This document shows positions 59,910 through 64,000 of a stretch of DNA of 64,000 nt, one piece after another (within the stretch, counting starts at the first letter, position 1; every line of letters starts with the position of its first letter). Below the pieces are notes generated by a model. That model was given only the letters and a program-made list of their open reading frames with translations, was not told the DNA's origin and did not search any database. The stretch lies in contig DATJIW010000078.1 of NCBI GenBank assembly GCA_035492775.1, positions 46,318 through 110,317 of the forward strand. The letters are read 5' to 3'. The DNA is from Vicinamibacterales bacterium (GTDB taxonomy: Bacteria; Acidobacteriota; Vicinamibacteria; Vicinamibacterales; 2-12-FULL-66-21). A program made the position numbers and the translations under genes.

Positions 59910-61480
59910 GGCCGCTCGCTGCAGGGCTCGGCCGCCTCGGTAGAACCAGCAGTGCTGACGGTCAGTTCAGCATCTGGAACGTGTCGTGGGTCGCACAGAC
60001 GATCGTCGCGGCGCCGCAGCGCCTCTTCGACGCGAACATCTTCTTCCCGCACTCGACCACCCTCGCGTATTCCGAAGCCAACGTCCTCGAAGGCATCGCG
60101 GGCGTGCCGGTCTGGTGGTCGACGCGCAATCCGTACGCCACGCTGAACGTCGTCGTCCTGCTCGCGTTCGCGACGTCGTTCGTTTGCATGTACTTTCTGG
60201 CGCGCCGGCTGTCGGGCCCCGGCGGTGCCGCCGTCGCGGGCGTGTTATACGCGTGCTGCCCGTATGTGTTCTCCCATACACCTCATATCCAGCTCCTCGT
60301 GACCGCGGGGCTGCCACTCTCGATGCTGATGCTCGACCGCGTCGTCGAATCGCCATCGCCCGCGCGCGGGCTCGGCCTCGGGCTCGCGCTTGCGGCGCAG
60401 ACGCTGTCGTGTGCGTACTACGGCATCTTCGCGGCGCTGATGGTGGGGTCTGCTGCGCTCATGCTGAGCGCAACCCGCGGCACGTGGCGTCGGCCTGCGT
60501 ATTGGCTCTCGCTCGCGGTCGGCGCGTTCGTGTCAATCGCACTCGTGCTGCCGGTGTTCGAGCAGTACCTGCGCGTCAGGAGTGAGACCGATTTCGGCCG
60601 CACTATCGATGACGCCGCACACTGGTCCGCAAAGCCGCAGGACTACATCGTATCGTCCGCGCACGCGCACGCATGGCTGCTCGACATCGCGAAGCACTTC
60701 GAGCACTGGGAGGAAGTGCTCTTTCCCGGAGTCCTCGCTGTGCTATTCGGTGCGGCGGGATTCGTCCTGACGGCACGCCGCGGAGCGGATCGCAGGGCCC
60801 GCGAAACGGCGCTGGTGTATGGTTCGCTCGGCGGATTGGCGCTCTGGAGTTCGTTCGGGCCGGCGGCGGGGCTGTACCGGCTGCTCTTTCATCTGCCGCT
60901 GTTCTCGTTTCTCCGCGCTCCGTCGCGCTTCGGCCTGATCGTCGCGCTGTCACTGTCGGTGTTTGCGGCCTTTGGAGTCGAGGCGCTACTGGCGCGCGTG
61001 CCGCGTCGCGCACGGCGGCTGGTCGCGGCATCGCTCGTCGCCGCGGCGCTTCTCGAGTTGAACGTGCTGCCATTCCCGTGGGAGCGGGCGCCGATCGTGC
61101 CGTCGCCGTATCGCGCGCTGGCGGCGCTGCCGCGTGCCCCGCTCGCGGAGTTTCCATTCTACGGCCAGCGCACCACGTTCCCGCTGCACGCCCAATACAT
61201 GCTCTTCTCGACGGCGCACTGGATGCCGCTCGTGAACGGCTACAGCGACGTCATCCCGCTCGACTTCCGCGCCACGGCGAGGGTCCTATCGTCGTTTCCA
61301 ACGAACGACGCATTCGCCGTCCTTCTCCGGCACCGGGTCCGCTACATCGGCGTGCACTGGGATATGTACGGTCCGCGCTCGGACGATATCCGCCGTCGGC
61401 TGGAGGCGTATTCGTCAAACCTCCGCGTCATCGCCGGCGACGCGAGGATGACTCTTTACGAGATCACCGGGTATCCGTAG
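59828..61480 (+). CDS. Polytopic membrane protein, GT-C/YfhO-like putative glycosyltransferase
   Basis: 550 aa, multi-TM. N-terminal loop ADGQFSIWNVSWVAQTI...LFDANIFFPHSTTLAYSEANVLEGI and a C-terminal soluble tail (VRYIGVHWDMYGP...). Family assignment by pattern only. Confidence 0.6.
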   Translation: MDDRSDLRLREAVTVCLAGLALAVLMTWPLAAGLGRLGRTSSADGQFSIWNVSWVAQTIVAAPQRLFDANIFFPHSTTLAYSEANVLEGIAGVPVWWSTRNPYATLNVVVLLAFATSFVCMYFLARRLSGPGGAAVAGVLYACCPYVFSHTPHIQLLVTAGLPLSMLMLDRVVESPSPARGLGLGLALAAQTLSCAYYGIFAALMVGSAALMLSATRGTWRRPAYWLSLAVGAFVSIALVLPVFEQYLRVRSETDFGRTIDDAAHWSAKPQDYIVSSAHAHAWLLDIAKHFEHWEEVLFPGVLAVLFGAAGFVLTARRGADRRARETALVYGSLGGLALWSSFGPAAGLYRLLFHLPLFSFLRAPSRFGLIVALSLSVFAAFGVEALLARVPRRARRLVAASLVAAALLELNVLPFPWERAPIVPSPYRALAALPRAPLAEFPFYGQRTTFPLHAQYMLFSTAHWMPLVNGYSDVIPLDFRATARVLSSFPTNDAFAVLLRHRVRYIGVHWDMYGPRSDDIRRRLEAYSSNLRVIAGDARMTLYEITGYP

Positions 61481-61493
61481 GAGGAATTGCGTC

Positions 61494-61523
61494 AACTCCC
61501 AATTCCCAATTCCCAACTCCCAA
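61494..61523. repeat. Single-arm YTCCCAA heptamer array (4 units)
   Basis: AACTCCCAATTCCCAATTCCCAACTCCCAAG, 14 nt after the stop of the + strand gene. Confidence 0.75.
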
Positions 61524-61527
61524 GACG

Positions 61528-61612
61528 GCGCTCCGCACCCGCGCTCCGCACCCGCGCTCCGCACCCGCGCTCCGCACCCGCACGCCGCACCCGCACGCCG
61601 CACCCGCACCCC
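61528..61612. repeat. 13-nt tandem repeat array (4x GCGCTCCGCACCC, 2x GCACGCCGCACCC, partial GCACCC)
   Basis: Read directly; units at 61528, 61541, 61554, 61567, 61580 and 61593. The array ends at the stop codon of the slt-like gene (TAG, complement of 61612-14). Confidence 0.85.
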
Positions 61613-63912
61613 TAGCCTCCACCCTTCGTTTTTTTCTTGTGCGCACTCTTCTTTGAAGGCGCTTTCTTCTTCGTGGCCGTCGCGGGCTTTGCGGACTTGG
61701 CGTTCACGGTGTGTGCAGTCACGCGCATCGGCCGCGCGCCGGCCTCGCCGTAGAGACGCCGGTAATCCTCGGCCGTGCCGAGGATCCGCTTGACATAGTT
61801 CTGCGTCTCCGGGAACGGGATATCGTCGATGAATTCGTCCTCGTCGAGGCCGGGACGTTCCGCCTTCCATCGGACCACGCGGCTTTCGCCGGCATTGTAG
61901 CTGGCCAGTGCGTAGTACGCTCCGCCAAATTGCTGGACGAGCCGCGAAAAATACAGGGTGCCGAGCCGGATGTTCAGTTCCGGATTTGTCAGCATCGACG
62001 TGCTGAAGCGGCGGATCCCGAGCGATCGCGCAAGCGTCCGACCCGTAGCCGGAACGACCTGCATCAGCCCCCACGCGTTCGCATTCGAGCGAACGCCGGC
62101 GTCGAACGTCGACTCCTGCGCGATGAGCGCGGCGACGACGTAGGGGTCGAGGTCGTGTTGCGTGGAGTAGCGCTTGATCCAGTCCCAGTACGTCAGGGGA
62201 TAGATGATCTGCAGAATCTCGGCGGGCAGATCCTCCCCGCCGAACGCGAGATGCTGCGGGTACGCGCGGCGCATGAGCGTGATCGCTTTTCGGAGTTCAC
62301 CTTTCTGGTGATACACCCACGCGATCGTCGCGTCGATCACCGGCGAGCTGGCCGAGGTCTTCTGCGCGAACCGCAGTTCGTCCAGCGCATCGTCATACAG
62401 CCCCGCAGCGAGCAGCTTGCGGATCACCGGCGCGTTCGGCGGCGGCTCGACGGCGGGGGCCTGAAGTGAGCGCGCGGTCGCGGGAACGATGGCACCCGAC
62501 GCGTCGGGAGCCGCGTTGTTGGAAAGCCGGCGGCTTGCGAGGCGGCCGTAGTACGAATTCATGTAGTCCGTGTAGACGAGCCGCAGCCGCGCATCGGCAG
62601 TCGCCCGGTCACCCATGTGCGCCCGGGCGCGCGCCGCCCAGTACAGGTAGGGCGGGCGATAGTCGGAGTGCGGGAAGTTCGCGGCGGCTGACTCGAAGAC
62701 CCGGACGGTTTCCGCATAGTTACCCGTCTTGTAGCACCACCAGCCGTACTTCCACGCGGCTCGCTCGGCGCGCGTACCGTGCGGAAATTTCTCGTACAGC
62801 TCCTGAAATGCCTTCGCCGCGAGATCATCCTGATTCGCGAGGATGTAGTACGTCCCGAGATTGTTGAGGGCGTCCTCGGACCACGAGCTGTCGGGGAAAT
62901 CGGCGACGAGGGCGTGCGTGAGCGCGACGTACTGGTCACGATCGCCAATCCCGCCAATGGAGCCGAGGTAGAAGTATCGGGCCTCCGCCTTGCGCGACGC
63001 GCGATCGAGATACGGCTGCAACCCGTCGCGCGCGGCGACGAATTGCTTGAGGAAATAGTTGCACTCGGCGATGCGGAGGTCGATGAGCTCGCGATCGTCG
63101 CCGGTCACCTGATTCTGGAGCGACTGGAAGGCGGGCAGCGCCTCCGAATATCGACGCGCGCCGAAGAGCAGCGATGCCCTGCCGAGATCCAGCTTGTAGC
63201 TGTTCTTGACGATCTGATCCTGCAGCGGCGAGAGGGCGGCGCCGGCGAGCGTTGCCGCGTCGCTCAGCGGGAACTCGTAAAAGACGCGCAGGTACGCCTG
63301 GGCCGCGCGCTGGCGATCGCCGGCCGCGAGCGCCGCGCGCCCCAGACGCATCAGCACATCGTCTGGCGCCGCGGTCTTCTGCGAGGAGACTTTCTCATAG
63401 ATGTCCGCGGCGGCGCGCGGATCGCCGCGAAGCTCGGCGGCCTCCCCGAGCGCGAGGAGCGACGCGACCGCCAGATTACCCTGAGGCTTGCGATCGACGA
63501 GTGCGCTCAAGACGCGCGTCGCCTCGGATCCGTGTGACAGACGGAGTTCCGCGAGCCCCTGGTAGTACGCCGCGTAGTCGCCGAGCGGTCCACCTTCGGC
63601 GTAGGCGTGCTCTGCCGCCGTGAGCGTGGCGGCGTAATTGCCGGCGGCATACGCGGCCGCCGCCGCCGCGAGAGACGCACTGTCGCGTGCAGTGCGTTCG
63701 CTGCGGGGCGGCACGAGCCAGAAATCGTCGACGTTCTGCGGCAGTGCCGCGTGCGCCGTCGGCTCGAGCAGCGGCTGCGTCGGGGCCGCGGGTTGCGCCG
63801 TGCCCTGCTGTGGCGGCTGGGGGTCTGGCGCCTGCGCGGCTGGACGAACAGGAAGCGACAAGACCGCCGCGACCGTCACCGCGGCGATGGGAACACGAGA
63901 TACGGGCATCAT
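61612..63912 (-). CDS. slt: Soluble lytic murein transglycosylase (Slt70-like) with Lys-rich C-terminal tail
   Basis: Signal peptide, long TPR/superhelical region, SLT catalytic domain (AALIAQESTFDAGVRSNANAWGLMQVVPATG...YNAG). Tail KSAKPATATKKKAPSKKSAHKKKTKGG. ATG 63912 overlaps the upstream TGA. Confidence 0.85.
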   Translation of the reverse strand: MMPVSRVPIAAVTVAAVLSLPVRPAAQAPDPQPPQQGTAQPAAPTQPLLEPTAHAALPQNVDDFWLVPPRSERTARDSASLAAAAAAYAAGNYAATLTAAEHAYAEGGPLGDYAAYYQGLAELRLSHGSEATRVLSALVDRKPQGNLAVASLLALGEAAELRGDPRAAADIYEKVSSQKTAAPDDVLMRLGRAALAAGDRQRAAQAYLRVFYEFPLSDAATLAGAALSPLQDQIVKNSYKLDLGRASLLFGARRYSEALPAFQSLQNQVTGDDRELIDLRIAECNYFLKQFVAARDGLQPYLDRASRKAEARYFYLGSIGGIGDRDQYVALTHALVADFPDSSWSEDALNNLGTYYILANQDDLAAKAFQELYEKFPHGTRAERAAWKYGWWCYKTGNYAETVRVFESAAANFPHSDYRPPYLYWAARARAHMGDRATADARLRLVYTDYMNSYYGRLASRRLSNNAAPDASGAIVPATARSLQAPAVEPPPNAPVIRKLLAAGLYDDALDELRFAQKTSASSPVIDATIAWVYHQKGELRKAITLMRRAYPQHLAFGGEDLPAEILQIIYPLTYWDWIKRYSTQHDLDPYVVAALIAQESTFDAGVRSNANAWGLMQVVPATGRTLARSLGIRRFSTSMLTNPELNIRLGTLYFSRLVQQFGGAYYALASYNAGESRVVRWKAERPGLDEDEFIDDIPFPETQNYVKRILGTAEDYRRLYGEAGARPMRVTAHTVNAKSAKPATATKKKAPSKKSAHKKKTKGGG

Positions 63913-64000
63913 CAAACGGCGGAGCCGAGCAGCGCCGCGTCGCCGTCCGCGAGCGTCTGCACGAGTTCCTGTTGAAAGTAGACCGAGCGTCCGCCGATCG
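63912..64000 (-). CDS. C-terminal fragment of an unidentified protein (gene continues beyond window end)
   Basis: Minus-strand frame open from the window edge to TGA (complement of 63912-14): ...IGGRSVYFQQELVQTLADGDAALLGSAV*. Confidence 0.3.
   Translation of the reverse strand, partial: IGGRSVYFQQELVQTLADGDAALLGSAV

Noticed and set aside
61494-61612. Possible CRISPR array
   Set aside because: The repeat units are 7 and 13 nt, directly tandem with no unique spacers, and no cas genes are present in the window.
1-64000. Prophage, integron, transposon or defence island
   Set aside because: I recognised no integrase, transposase, recombinase, phage structural, toxin-antitoxin, restriction-modification or cas-like proteins. 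Apart from the hsp20 spacer, composition looks uniform by eye.

Overview
High-GC bacterial chromosomal window, all calls made by eye from the sequence and ORF track with no computation or database search. The content suggests an Acidobacteriota-like Gram-negative (inference only): a CarboxypepD_reg-fused TonB receptor, many secreted HEAT/TPR, M16 and beta-barrel proteins, and lpxB/lpxD. The window is mostly housekeeping and densely packed, with many 1-4 nt start/stop overlaps. In order it holds: two secreted HEAT-repeat proteins; yciE-like; yqgE/algH; acnA-queG-udgX; an OpuC-like osmoprotectant ABC importer. Next comes a long minus-strand envelope operon (membrane protein, lpxD, M16, M16, lpxB, secreted 184-aa protein, matrixin, OM barrel). 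Then follow mgtC, nfo, AmmeMemoRadiSam A/B, gatCA, rpoZ and a divergent hsp20 pair, the second hsp20 leading ymdB-xseA-xseB-ispA-tlyA-nadK. After that: mltG-ruvX; an envC-like M23 plus an S41 protease; tRNA-Val; thrS-infC-rpmI-rplT-pheS-pheT-zapB-like-zapA; a probable 6S RNA; rny-thiL-DUF2062; a 3D-domain protein; a heterodimeric ABC exporter; gntR plus a TonB-dependent receptor; an OM barrel; two huge divergent polytopic GT-C-like membrane proteins; and an Slt-type lytic transglycosylase. I saw no integrase, transposase, CRISPR or recognisable defence genes. The observations most worth a second look are these:
1. A dispersed family of inverted TTGGGAR heptamer arrays (G3N4, G-quadruplex-capable) at four loci, one joined to a 13-mer tandem array.
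2. A translationally coupled triad of secreted OB-like protein, propeptide-less matrixin and OM barrel, which may be an inhibitor/protease/anchor system.
3. A UdgX-type (KRRIH) uracil-DNA glycosylase coupled by GTGA overlaps to queG and acnA, all Fe-S proteins.
4. A 6S RNA candidate downstream of zapA, missed by any ORF view.
5. infC with a non-canonical ATC start.
6. pheT lacking the OB tRNA-binding domain and carrying an in-frame repeat insertion.
Many long ORFs in the track are antisense or alternate-frame artefacts of the high GC content and were rejected.
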